Positions 41,932 through 51,033 are shown, counted from the stretch's first letter. The stretch: 64,000 nucleotides of DNA from Desulfuromonas sp. (GCA_002869615.1 PKUH01000110.1:125896-189895), one strand, 5' to 3'. Notes: generated by a model from the sequence alone, not told the origin. Numbers and translations are program-made.

Positions 41932-43419
41932 ATGCAGTTACGTAATAAAAGATATCATTACCGTAGGCGTGTACCTGCGAATCTGGTTGAATTATTCAAC
42001 AGAAAAGAGATCACCAAATCTCTCCACACAACTGAGGGCAGAGCTGCCTCGCGTTTAAAGAACAAGTTAGACGGTGAACTTGAAGCCCTCTTTCAAGCAT
42101 GTCGTTTTAATGCACTCTCCCAAGATGAAGCCCAGCAACGCCTATCGCTTATCCTCACAGGTAAACCATTACCTGATCTACAAGAAGCAACTGAAACCAA
42201 AATCACTACTGTTAAGACTCGGAACAAACGAGCCGGCAAAAGGCTTTCTGAAGCAGTTGATGCTTACTGCAAAGAGAAAGAGCATTCCTGGACGCAGAAG
42301 ACCAAGAAAGAATACTCTGGCATCTATGATCGCATAATTAAGGGACTAGGAGACCCTTGGCTAAATGATCTTGAACGCACTGACCTTGTAATTTACAGAG
42401 ATACGTTAACTCGTGAAGGCAAGAGCATTAAGACCGTTAACAAGTATCTTGAAATCCTCTCTACAGTTCTTAAACACGCGAGCAGGTTAAAGTGGATTCA
42501 AGGTAATCCTGGTGAAGGGCTCGGATTGAAAGACAATAGACGCCCTGATGAAATGAGAAGAGCGTTTACTGTCAAAGAAATCAAAACAATCTTTGAAGCG
42601 CTGCAACGAGATAAGAAGTTCTTCTATGAACAGGGCCGCCATGAACGCTACTGGCTTCCCCTGCTCGGAATCTACACTGGTGGTCGTGTTAATGAACTCG
42701 CCCAGCTAGGGATTAAAGACATTATTATCGAGGATGGAATTCCAACCATTGAAATCACTGAAAATGGCGATGATAGTAAGAGCGTCAAGACTTCAAATTC
42801 CAGACGAAAGATTCCTATCCATAAAGACCTTCTGACACTAGGGTTTCTGGTCTATGTCAACAATATCAAAGCACAGGGGAACAATATGCTTTTCCCAGCC
42901 TTGATCAATGGTCCCAATGGATACTCCCACTATTTTGTTAAACACTTTTCAGGTAAGGCCGGGTGGTTAAGGAAACAGCTTAAAGATCTTGAGAAAGGTG
43001 TAGCCTTTCATAGCTTCAGGCATATATTTATAGACATACTTAAGAACGCTGAAATATCAGAACGGCTCATCGAGGAGATTGCAGGACATCGCCTCACCTC
43101 CATGAGCCTCGGCAGATATGGCAAGCCTTACAAAGTCGATGTGCGCCTTAAGGCAATCAACAAGATCGACTACGGCTTGATTCCCAAAGTGAAGCCGGAA
43201 GTACGATTGGTTGATATTGAAGGCACTGATGCAGTTGAAGAACATGACTATCTTGTATGCGGGAAGACCAGTGTTCGTATCATCCTTGAAGATAAAGAGC
43301 AGCCTTTAGAATTGAAACAATACAAGCGTCCAGACCTACATGGCTACAGTCCATTCCATAAAGAGATAGAGGGTTTTGTTGAAGATGAGCTAGTTGCTAA
43401 GGATAGCCTTGACGAATAA
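41932..43419 (+). CDS. int: tyrosine site-specific recombinase (island integrase)
   Basis: Start preferred at MQLRNKRYHYRRRVP (ATG at 41932). Catalytic pattern GGRVNE (R), HSFRH (H-x-x-R) and LGRYGKPY (Y). It lies immediately 3' of a tRNA at the compositional break. Confidence 0.9.
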   Translation: MQLRNKRYHYRRRVPANLVELFNRKEITKSLHTTEGRAASRLKNKLDGELEALFQACRFNALSQDEAQQRLSLILTGKPLPDLQEATETKITTVKTRNKRAGKRLSEAVDAYCKEKEHSWTQKTKKEYSGIYDRIIKGLGDPWLNDLERTDLVIYRDTLTREGKSIKTVNKYLEILSTVLKHASRLKWIQGNPGEGLGLKDNRRPDEMRRAFTVKEIKTIFEALQRDKKFFYEQGRHERYWLPLLGIYTGGRVNELAQLGIKDIIIEDGIPTIEITENGDDSKSVKTSNSRRKIPIHKDLLTLGFLVYVNNIKAQGNNMLFPALINGPNGYSHYFVKHFSGKAGWLRKQLKDLEKGVAFHSFRHIFIDILKNAEISERLIEEIAGHRLTSMSLGRYGKPYKVDVRLKAINKIDYGLIPKVKPEVRLVDIEGTDAVEEHDYLVCGKTSVRIILEDKEQPLELKQYKRPDLHGYSPFHKEIEGFVEDELVAKDSLDE

Positions 43420-43532
43420 GCACTAATGAATTAAAGTTCGCAACATTGTGAGCATGCCTCACACTTTGCCCGATTCAGCATCCCCCCTCCGCTGTTTCGG
43501 GCTTCTTTTATTGTCTGAAAGCCATACACACA

Positions 43533-44084
43533 CTAAGTACAGTCACCACCCATTTTAATTTCAATCAACATGCCGTCGTTATTAAACTTGAATGTCATGA
43601 AGGTTCCCATCGCATTACAATGTTGAAAATAACATTGAGACAAATTTTCATTACAGTGATCAGAAGCATTAAAAGTGTCGCTGTGATTCTTCTGTAAATA
43701 ATCAACTCCAAGAATACTAAACACTTCTTCGCGACTTAATCCAACATGGACACCGGAAGGCGTCTTATCCTGACTGTTTTGAGTTTTGATCCACGTCATA
43801 TGGTTATAACAAGTTCCTATTTCTAACGTGTCAAACTTATATGTGGGCCAATCAGTACCTAAATATCCACCTACTGGCTCACCCAAGATATCTTTTGTTT
43901 CTTGGATGTCATGTCCCGTAGTTATGCCACGAACTGTAAACTCAGAACCAGGCAGACAATACTCACTCTCGACGATCGGGGTGCCATAGCGCAATAACGT
44001 CGAGCGCTCATCAGCACTAGCTACACTAACAGTTAAAGCCAACAGAATTAAGAATGTTACTGTGAAGATTTTAGAGTTCAACAT
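43533..44084 (-). CDS. hypothetical secreted protein
   Basis: ATG at 44084 with GGAGGAGGG upstream and signal peptide MLNSKIFTVTFLILLALTVSVASA. Several Cys residues. Confidence 0.65.
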   Translation of the reverse strand: MLNSKIFTVTFLILLALTVSVASADERSTLLRYGTPIVESEYCLPGSEFTVRGITTGHDIQETKDILGEPVGGYLGTDWPTYKFDTLEIGTCYNHMTWIKTQNSQDKTPSGVHVGLSREEVFSILGVDYLQKNHSDTFNASDHCNENLSQCYFQHCNAMGTFMTFKFNNDGMLIEIKMGGDCT

Positions 44085-44100
44085 ATCCCTCCTCCTTCGA

Positions 44101-44859
44101 TTAATCCATTGCATCAGACACAACTGTCACCCAAGCGACTGTATTGAAACCTTCTGGAGATATCTTTAGAATCCTTACATTGCTGTATTCTGAATCGTGT
44201 AAATAAATTTCATTCATACTGTTTTTGATAAATGACGCTTTTCGACCTATAAGATGGTAACTATTCTTTAACTCACCTTTGTAATATAGCTCTAGATATT
44301 GTTCTTGAATTTCATCATCGGTATTTGTTAGTAGAAGACTTATTTTTACCGACAGCACAGACAATAAATTATCAAAATCTAGTTTACTTATGGTGAACAC
44401 AGATTGTGGCTCTTGCATTAGTTTATTTGTGGCTCTATCAAGAACATCAATAGAGAAAACTTTTTGCATGTCTCCTATATAACGTGAGCCAGCAATCTGA
44501 CACCTAATATGGTTTTGTCCGAAAGATTCAATACATTCTTTGAGATATTTTTCTGTTTCCATACGCTTACTATCTATCTGAACAAGAAGCTTTTGGATAT
44601 AAGCCTCATAATACCTTTCGGGATTAAGCACAGATTCAAGCTTTAACGCATCACCAGTTAATCTATAAAAATGGCTAGAACGAATATCAGAAAGATTAAC
44701 TCCCATTTTCGAGAGGTCATTTATTCGATAATCACCTTCAGCTTTTAATTTGATGACAATATTTTCAGGACTCGGAATAGGAACAGTTTCAACTTCCTGG
44801 GCAATGCAAGCCCCTTTTATCACTACGATAAGACTCAGAACACATACAAGATATTTCAT
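44101..44859 (-). CDS. hypothetical secreted protein
   Basis: 252 aa with signal peptide MKYLVCVLSLIVVIKGACIA. No motif recognised. Confidence 0.65.
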   Translation of the reverse strand: MKYLVCVLSLIVVIKGACIAQEVETVPIPSPENIVIKLKAEGDYRINDLSKMGVNLSDIRSSHFYRLTGDALKLESVLNPERYYEAYIQKLLVQIDSKRMETEKYLKECIESFGQNHIRCQIAGSRYIGDMQKVFSIDVLDRATNKLMQEPQSVFTISKLDFDNLLSVLSVKISLLLTNTDDEIQEQYLELYYKGELKNSYHLIGRKASFIKNSMNEIYLHDSEYSNVRILKISPEGFNTVAWVTVVSDAMD

Positions 44860-44901
44860 AGGATCAACCCTTCAACAATACCCTCCGACACTAAAGGAGA
44901 G

Positions 44902-46209
44902 CTACAAAATGATTATGTCTAGTTTGTCTTTCCAGGTATTAAAACCATCCACATCATTTATATAGTCATGAATGATTCGATGAAAGCCATCGGGTTTGCT
45001 TGAGATATACTTCTGTCGGTTCGTTTCTTCAAAAGCAGACATTAATCCCTCAAGCTCTTTGAACTTTAATTTCATGGAGGTAATATCTTTTTCTACTACC
45101 CAAATATATGTAGCTAAAGACTCATCGTATGTCTCCAACACAAAGTAGTATTTATCATCCCCTTCCAAGAGGAAGAGAAAGCTAAAGGGCTTAACTGTAA
45201 ACCTCAACTTGAAAAGATCTGCTTTGTGCTTATCAGCCAGATATTTCAGAGGGAGATAATGCTTAGGCTTCTTAAACTCAAATGCTTTCTCCAATATTGA
45301 CTCAGGATCGTTTTGAGATGGCTTTAAATTAGACTCAAAATTGTCTGCGAAGAACTCATCTGATGTTTTTAGCTTAGACTCATCATCTATATTTGATCTC
45401 TTGCTGAACATTTGATCGAAGGCGTATGTGTACTTAACATCTTCAATAATACGTTCATCGATACTCTCTATTTCTTTAGAGAAGACACTCACTATTTCAA
45501 ATGATTCTTCCTGACCAGACTCATTTACCTTCACCATTAATTCAAGAACAAATTCAGCGTTCTTCCTGCCTATTTTCTTGCCGATATACTTAGACACACA
45601 ATCAAACTGGGTCTTGATAAAATCGTTGTTCACCTTTACCTCAACTTTGGGTAAATGCTTGTATGGATGATGCCTAAAGCACACATATCCTTCGTTGTAT
45701 TCCAAGTTGGTAAATGGAACCATGATAGACTGTGTAACCTTTTCTGTTTTCAGTGTCTTCTCACTAGGTGGGGATATGTTGGCAATATCTATATTTGAAG
45801 TATTGAGTTCTTTTTTCTGTGGTGCTGAAGGTAAGTTGCGGAGAGGTTGACGCGTACTATGACTGTTGGGTCTAGCTCTCATTGCGCTCTTGGCAGATGA
45901 ATGTGCTTTAGAGCGTACTGTGCAGCCAAGGAGGCTTGCCGTGTCTATATGACTAAAGATTATTCTATTGATGCGTCCGGTGAAGTCAGCCTGTGTAGAG
46001 AATGAATGCTGTGAAGAGCTGTAGTTTTTTATCACTGCGTATAGAGTGCCTGTTCTTTCTTCATACTTTGTCACATCAAGTGCCCAATACACCCCTGGCT
46101 TAAATTTATGAAAGCCTTTTGAGATGTTTGTTCCACTCAAGGGAAGTGCCTCTGTCGCATTGTAAAAAACTTCATTTCCAGAGAACTTGATAATCAACGT
46201 TCTATTCAT
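44902..46209 (-). CDS. hypothetical protein (two domains joined by a basic low-complexity linker)
   Basis: 435 aa with GGAGG upstream of the ATG. No domain recognised. Confidence 0.7.
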   Translation of the reverse strand: MNRTLIIKFSGNEVFYNATEALPLSGTNISKGFHKFKPGVYWALDVTKYEERTGTLYAVIKNYSSSQHSFSTQADFTGRINRIIFSHIDTASLLGCTVRSKAHSSAKSAMRARPNSHSTRQPLRNLPSAPQKKELNTSNIDIANISPPSEKTLKTEKVTQSIMVPFTNLEYNEGYVCFRHHPYKHLPKVEVKVNNDFIKTQFDCVSKYIGKKIGRKNAEFVLELMVKVNESGQEESFEIVSVFSKEIESIDERIIEDVKYTYAFDQMFSKRSNIDDESKLKTSDEFFADNFESNLKPSQNDPESILEKAFEFKKPKHYLPLKYLADKHKADLFKLRFTVKPFSFLFLLEGDDKYYFVLETYDESLATYIWVVEKDITSMKLKFKELEGLMSAFEETNRQKYISSKPDGFHRIIHDYINDVDGFNTWKDKLDIIIL

Positions 46210-46250
46210 GGCAGTTCACTACCTCCTCAGTGTCTACTCTACAAGAGGCT

Positions 46251-46267
46251 GTGACAAAATATGTCAC
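46251..46267. promoter_or_regulatory. near-perfect palindrome GTGACAAAATATGTCAC upstream of the 435-aa gene
   Basis: Inverted repeat GTGACA/TGTCAC in the 104-nt gap between the HNH gene and the 435-aa gene. Confidence 0.4.
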
Positions 46268-46313
46268 GGCAAAAAAGCCAACCTACTACTGGAAAGTTAT
46301 ATGCGTATATGAT

Positions 46314-46568
46314 TTAGACTTCTTGCTGCCTGACAAACTTTTTCAAACTTATACTTCCTTTTGCCGAATTACATTTACTACATGCAAAATCCAGATTACT
46401 CGGTGCCCAAGTTCCACCTTTGGACAACGGCCTCAAGTGATCCAGTGTTGCCTGGGAATATGTAAGCTTCCTGTCACAATATCGACAAGTCACATAGCCT
46501 CTGGATTTCTTGTTTTTGAACAGGTGCTTTTTGAGTGCATTCTTTGATCTTGAGTTTCTTGCAGACAC
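46314..46568 (-). CDS. small HNH endonuclease
   Basis: 84 aa with CRYC...DHLRPLSKGG...N...CSKCNSAKG. Confidence 0.85.
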   Translation of the reverse strand: MSARNSRSKNALKKHLFKNKKSRGYVTCRYCDRKLTYSQATLDHLRPLSKGGTWAPSNLDFACSKCNSAKGSISLKKFVRQQEV

Positions 46569-46597
46569 TTATTACTACCCCCTCCAACACTTATTCT

Positions 46598-47113
46598 TTA
46601 CCTACACATCCTATCCCGTTTACGCCTCATACTATTATCAAGTCTAGTCTTTGCCGTATGACAGTCATCACATAGAGTAGCCAGGTTAGCGATACTGTTA
46701 TCACCACCATTCATCAATGCTCTCTTGTGGTCAACTTCTAGCTTATATGTGCTCCCACATATCACGCACTGATGACCATCACGTCTTTTGATATATCGTT
46801 TAGTTTCTTGGGATACATCACGTTCATACTTGACCAGGTTGCAATCTAATGCGCCTACATTTTCGTTTGCTTCCCTGTAGTAGCTATAGATTGCTCGTTC
46901 ACGCAGTTCACCCTTGAGGGTTTTGATCTCTTTAGTTGGTTTGTTGTAACTAGGTGTGCTGCTCTGTTTCTTATAGCCAGAGTTGTGATAGTGGTACTCT
47001 CCAGTCTTTCTGTTTGTATGACCACCATTTGAATCAGTTCTGCCAGAGTGGGAATAGCTGAAGGTGCTTATTAGTATTAAGAGTAAGAGTATTGTGATTG
47101 ATTTATCAATCAT
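46598..47113 (-). CDS. secreted YHYH-motif + HNH nuclease domain protein
   Basis: 171 aa. Signal peptide, GEYHYHNSGY, then CVICGS...EVDHKRALMNGGDNSIANLATLCDDCHTAKT. Confidence 0.82.
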   Translation of the reverse strand: MIDKSITILLLLILISTFSYSHSGRTDSNGGHTNRKTGEYHYHNSGYKKQSSTPSYNKPTKEIKTLKGELRERAIYSYYREANENVGALDCNLVKYERDVSQETKRYIKRRDGHQCVICGSTYKLEVDHKRALMNGGDNSIANLATLCDDCHTAKTRLDNSMRRKRDRMCR

Positions 47114-47114
47114 G

Positions 47115-47801
47115 TTATCTCAAATTTTCTAATAGGTAATTAATTCCATCATCAACACTGCCATTAGATATATAGTCACAAAATGAATGCCCACCATTTC
47201 GCCTAACTACATCAATGTTGACGCTGTTTCTCTTTAGATACTCACTGAACCTTCGGTCTTCCTCTTCAGTGCCATCATCTATATTACTAAAAACTTTTAT
47301 TTTAAGACTGTTGATGTTGATCCTGTTCGATGCAATTGCAGCTTCTGTCATTCCTGCCCCGGCGAAAGTTACTAGTGCCTTAACTGGGGCTAAGCTCATT
47401 GCCAAGAATGTAGCTACATATGCACCATAAGAGTTGCCTGCGATTGAAATGTTGCGTGGTCTAGGGCTTCTTGTTTTAGGCAACAACTCTTGCAATAAAA
47501 ACATCATGAAAGCATTTAAAAAATTATCGTGAGTGTGTTTCCCAGATGGAGGAGACGAAAGAGCTATAAAATCACAATTTATGTTTGCATTGCCTATTGC
47601 ACATTTAAATATTTCAGCAAGCTTATCAGGGCTAGAGTTCATTCTCTGAGCGTACTCTTGCTCGTTAATCGAACCTCCAATAAAGACAACTAGATTATTG
47701 GAGGATTCTTCGCCAGCCCAATAATAATCAGCGTGGGTATTTCTGCCTAATGTTGATACATCTATTATGATCTTTCTGTGTTCCAATGTTGTATATTTCA
47801 A
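47115..47801 (-). CDS. alpha/beta hydrolase (Ser-Asp-His triad)
   Basis: 228 aa with nucleophile elbow GNSYG, NIDDGT and GGHSF. The TTG start overlaps the upstream stop. Confidence 0.7.
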   Translation of the reverse strand: MKYTTLEHRKIIIDVSTLGRNTHADYYWAGEESSNNLVVFIGGSINEQEYAQRMNSSPDKLAEIFKCAIGNANINCDFIALSSPPSGKHTHDNFLNAFMMFLLQELLPKTRSPRPRNISIAGNSYGAYVATFLAMSLAPVKALVTFAGAGMTEAAIASNRININSLKIKVFSNIDDGTEEEDRRFSEYLKRNSVNIDVVRRNGGHSFCDYISNGSVDDGINYLLENLR

Positions 47802-48106
47802 CGACCAGGTAAATACTGACTACAAGACATGAGTAGGTTGTATAGCCTGCGGTCAAACTCATCACCTTGAGGGTTGGGTTGCGCCTTCATCATCTGGTCA
47901 TATTCTGATTTTCCGAACTCAGATTCCATCCCATCAGCAAAACATTGACAATACTTTTGCGCAGTTTTATCTGGTAGTCCCTGTGATGACATACTCATCG
48001 CACAGCGGTCCACGTAAGCTTTCTTGGCATCAGCAGGCCACTCTTCGGCATGCAAGTTTATTACTGTCAACAGGATGAAAAGGAAAACTATAACCGTTTT
48101 GTTCAT
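47798..48106 (-). CDS. small secreted Cys-containing protein
   Basis: 102 aa with signal peptide MNKTVIVFLFILLTVINLHA and AGGAGA upstream. Confidence 0.65.
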   Translation of the reverse strand: MNKTVIVFLFILLTVINLHAEEWPADAKKAYVDRCAMSMSSQGLPDKTAQKYCQCFADGMESEFGKSEYDQMMKAQPNPQGDEFDRRLYNLLMSCSQYLPGR

Positions 48107-48121
48107 AGCATTTCTCCTGAT

Positions 48122-48171
48122 TGAAAAAAGTCTCCTGCCACCGAGGGGAATGTTGCTTGTAGTGACAGGGG
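48122..48171 (-). terminator. rho-independent terminator after the cyclase operon
   Basis: Minus-sense CCCCUGUCAC...GUGGCAGGAG (the G-U wobble forms only on the minus transcript) followed by ACUUUUUUC. Confidence 0.6.
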
Positions 48172-48179
48172 CAATAAAA

Positions 48180-49517
48180 CTATTTAATATATACGCCTAT
48201 CCAATCCTCAAATAGCACATTTCCACTATCTCTTTCAGAGCTTACCTTAGCACGCATAGTATGAAGACCACGATAAGATGTATATTCATCAAGGGTTGCT
48301 TCGTGCACTCTATCTGGCTGTCGATATTTGGGATTAGTTGTTGGAGATAAGTATTTAGTTCCAGTTATATGTTCCTGCGCACTATTCTCTTTTTCAGCTT
48401 CATTTCCATGGTTATGTTTGTAGAATTCAACTTTCAATTTACCCATACCAGTTAAAGCCGCACTTCTGACTTGGACTCTAAACTTTAAAGACAATCCTTT
48501 ATCTAAGCATCTTGATAAAGATGGGTAAGGAACCCAATCGTTTTCGGTGTCATATACTTCACATGAAAAACTGAAAGCACTATTAGATCTTAGCTTTGGG
48601 ATATCTTGTTTTCCGCTTTTTACTTCAGGAGGGAATGGCAGAAGTCTTTGGTAATGGTCACCTTTGATCAGGCGACATGAATAATTAATAGAATTACCGT
48701 TCTGATCAGTGATGTTGGGTTTTACATGCAACTCTTGTTGACCAGCAGATTCCTTAATTTCAGAATACTCTTTCGGAAAATCAATAAAGTTAATTAAGGT
48801 TTGTCCAAGCATTGTACTGTTGCTTCTAGCTTGCGACTGTAACTTTGAAGCGAAGTCTACTTGTAGTCCATGTGCAGTAACTTCAGTAGCATTTCCAAAA
48901 CCATAACATGACCATAAAATCTCATCCGTATCGCCAAAATCAAGTCCAACTCTTACTGCAAGTTCAATATCAGTACTTAATCGTTCATTCAATGATGGGA
49001 ACACATAATCTCTCATGATTAATCTGAGTGTGTTGGAGGCATTTATAGCGTTAACTATTGCATCTTCTTTGCAGATACTTTTCCCCCCAAAAAACGCCAT
49101 AAGGGCATCCCCCATCAATCTATGTGGGACTCCATCAAATGATCGAACTACATCTATAGCAGCTTGCAAAATTCTATTCTTAACGATAGCTGCCTGCTTC
49201 AACGGCAGAAGTAAATTGAGTCGAGAGCTTCTTTTAATATCTAGAAACAGAGTTGCGATATAGTGATTCTCTGTATGATCACAATTTTCTAAGTGCAGAA
49301 AGTCAGGGTGTGAACCCATCCCATTAGTATTTAACCCCTGCTTTCCAAAAAGTGGTCTAATGGCTTTTTGAAAATCATACTCTTGAGGAGTGCCTGTTGC
49401 TAATTGACTTTCGTGAGCAGTTGCCTTGAAAAGCTGCCCCTCAGACATTTGAACATTTAACGTACTGTTATTGAAAAAGAAATTACGTGTAATCTCCCCA
49501 AAGTCTACCCTGCTCAT
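48180..49517 (-). CDS. class III nucleotidyl cyclase with about 185-aa C-terminal extension (PycC-like)
   Basis: 445 aa with ATLFLDIKRSS, LMGDALMAFFGG, VRVGLDFGD and GLQVDFASKLQS. The start overlaps the upstream stop as ATGA. Confidence 0.8.
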   Translation of the reverse strand: MSRVDFGEITRNFFFNNSTLNVQMSEGQLFKATAHESQLATGTPQEYDFQKAIRPLFGKQGLNTNGMGSHPDFLHLENCDHTENHYIATLFLDIKRSSRLNLLLPLKQAAIVKNRILQAAIDVVRSFDGVPHRLMGDALMAFFGGKSICKEDAIVNAINASNTLRLIMRDYVFPSLNERLSTDIELAVRVGLDFGDTDEILWSCYGFGNATEVTAHGLQVDFASKLQSQARSNSTMLGQTLINFIDFPKEYSEIKESAGQQELHVKPNITDQNGNSINYSCRLIKGDHYQRLLPFPPEVKSGKQDIPKLRSNSAFSFSCEVYDTENDWVPYPSLSRCLDKGLSLKFRVQVRSAALTGMGKLKVEFYKHNHGNEAEKENSAQEHITGTKYLSPTTNPKYRQPDRVHEATLDEYTSYRGLHTMRAKVSSERDSGNVLFEDWIGVYIK

Positions 49518-50176
49518 TTGCTATCCTTCTTACTTGGTTCGGAAGTTGATGGTTCTCTCTTTGAGACATTAGATTTTATTTCTTCTTGTGGCATAAAAAG
49601 TGACTCAGCTTGCTTTTTTGTTTGGGATACAGCAGATTTGCGAATAAGCTGCGAATCAATAAGAAGTCCTGAGCCTAACAATAAAAGTACAAAGCCAATT
49701 GCAACTAAAGCAGATTTTACCCAGAGGATTGATCTAGAGAGGAGCTTGAATTTTCCCGAGGCAATACTCGAAAGAACAACTGATTGATGACATAAATCAC
49801 GTAGCAACTCATCTTTTGTAACAGAAGAGAACTCATCATAGTACGAATCAGGGTTTGATTCTTTTTTTGCAATATGTACAAAAGAGATAAGTGACTTGTT
49901 GCCAGGAGTGGTGTTTGGGAAAATTGCATTAAATGCAAGTCTTGCTGAGGAAGCAAGTAAGAAAAAAGTCACACTAAACACAATACAAGCAACAATTTTA
50001 TAGAGAGTTGCGCCACACACTAACCATATCTTTGGGCAGTTATATGCTAGTGCTGAAATGCTCGCTACGCTAAAGGTTAACAATAATGCAGCTTTAGTAT
50101 TAGTGCTATTGATGTAACTGTCGTTCCGCTTAATAATATCCCACTGCCAAGCAATTTTATCATCTATACTGCCCAT
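49514..50176 (-). CDS. 3-4 TM protein resembling the DUF5706 / Pycsar-effector family
   Basis: 220 aa. N-terminal WDIIKRNDSYINSTNTKAALLL leads into TM helices, with a charged tail. I saw no cNMP-binding motif. The family assignment is from memory of the family pattern only. Confidence 0.6.
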   Translation of the reverse strand: MGSIDDKIAWQWDIIKRNDSYINSTNTKAALLLTFSVASISALAYNCPKIWLVCGATLYKIVACIVFSVTFFLLASSARLAFNAIFPNTTPGNKSLISFVHIAKKESNPDSYYDEFSSVTKDELLRDLCHQSVVLSSIASGKFKLLSRSILWVKSALVAIGFVLLLLGSGLLIDSQLIRKSAVSQTKKQAESLFMPQEEIKSNVSKREPSTSEPSKKDSK

Positions 50177-50199
50177 CTCACCCTCTCATTGATTTATGT

Positions 50200-51033
50200 T
50201 CAACTTTCAGAGCGTATTAGCCTGTTTATTCTCATGATTTCTTTTGGCCAAGATTCAGGATCTGGCCATTCAAACAAGTAATGGTAATAATTGTAAGGTG
50301 TAACGCCATCGTCATAATACCAGTTCCAACTTAAATCTGAACCCTCTTGCAGAAATTGATGCAAATAAGGATGTAGATTCTTTGCCAGGTCTTCACCGAT
50401 GGCTATTACATTTGGATTTGCTAAAGACTCTAGTTTAGAGGCTCTATTGGCTGGGCTACCAACGGCAGTAAGAAAGTTTGTACCCTGCATTCCAATTCTT
50501 GAAATTAGTACTTCACCAAATTCTACCCCAATCCTGAATTTAAGGGCTGGAGCCCCATGCTCCGCTAAATGCGGTATAACATCATTAATCATCAGATATT
50601 TAATTGTTTGTGCAACCTCAATAGCCTCTCTCGCTATTTTGTGCTTGTCGGGTGTCTCAGTTCCGATAATTGCCATCACACCATCTCCAGTATGTTTTTC
50701 AACAGTACCCTTCCATTCACGTACAACCTTCATTACGCTAGTGGTAGCTACATTGAGAATCATAAGAGTATCTTCAGGTGGAAGAGGTGATGTGATTGCC
50801 GTGAAATCCTCAAAATCAAAAAACAGTATCGCTACGCTCATACGCCTAGACGAACCAATCTCTAACGCGGTAAGATCAGGCATAGTTCTAGCGTTAGGGA
50901 TGTTGCTCGTACGCTTCACGTTCCACTTTGTTCGCAGTAACACAAAGTTACTCAATTGTTTGTGAAGGCGTAAACTCCATTTACCTGATAATGGTAAATT
51001 CATAATCTTCGTTTTACCTGTGAGGGGTAACAT
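50200..51033 (-). CDS. stand-alone class III nucleotidyl cyclase (second cyclase of the operon)
   Basis: 277 aa with AILFFDFEDFT, EKHTGDGVMAIIG, FRIGVEFGEV and GSPANRASKLES. The start could be the ATG at 51003. Confidence 0.8.
   Translation of the reverse strand: MLPLTGKTKIMNLPLSGKWSLRLHKQLSNFVLLRTKWNVKRTSNIPNARTMPDLTALEIGSSRRMSVAILFFDFEDFTAITSPLPPEDTLMILNVATTSVMKVVREWKGTVEKHTGDGVMAIIGTETPDKHKIAREAIEVAQTIKYLMINDVIPHLAEHGAPALKFRIGVEFGEVLISRIGMQGTNFLTAVGSPANRASKLESLANPNVIAIGEDLAKNLHPYLHQFLQEGSDLSWNWYYDDGVTPYNYYHYLFEWPDPESWPKEIMRINRLIRSES

Noticed and set aside
49514-50176. Calling the TM protein a canonical cNMP-binding PycTM effector.
   Set aside because: I could not see the cNMP-binding beta-barrel signature (FGE...R[ST]A). 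I keep only a family-level resemblance to DUF5706-type effectors, and with moderate confidence.
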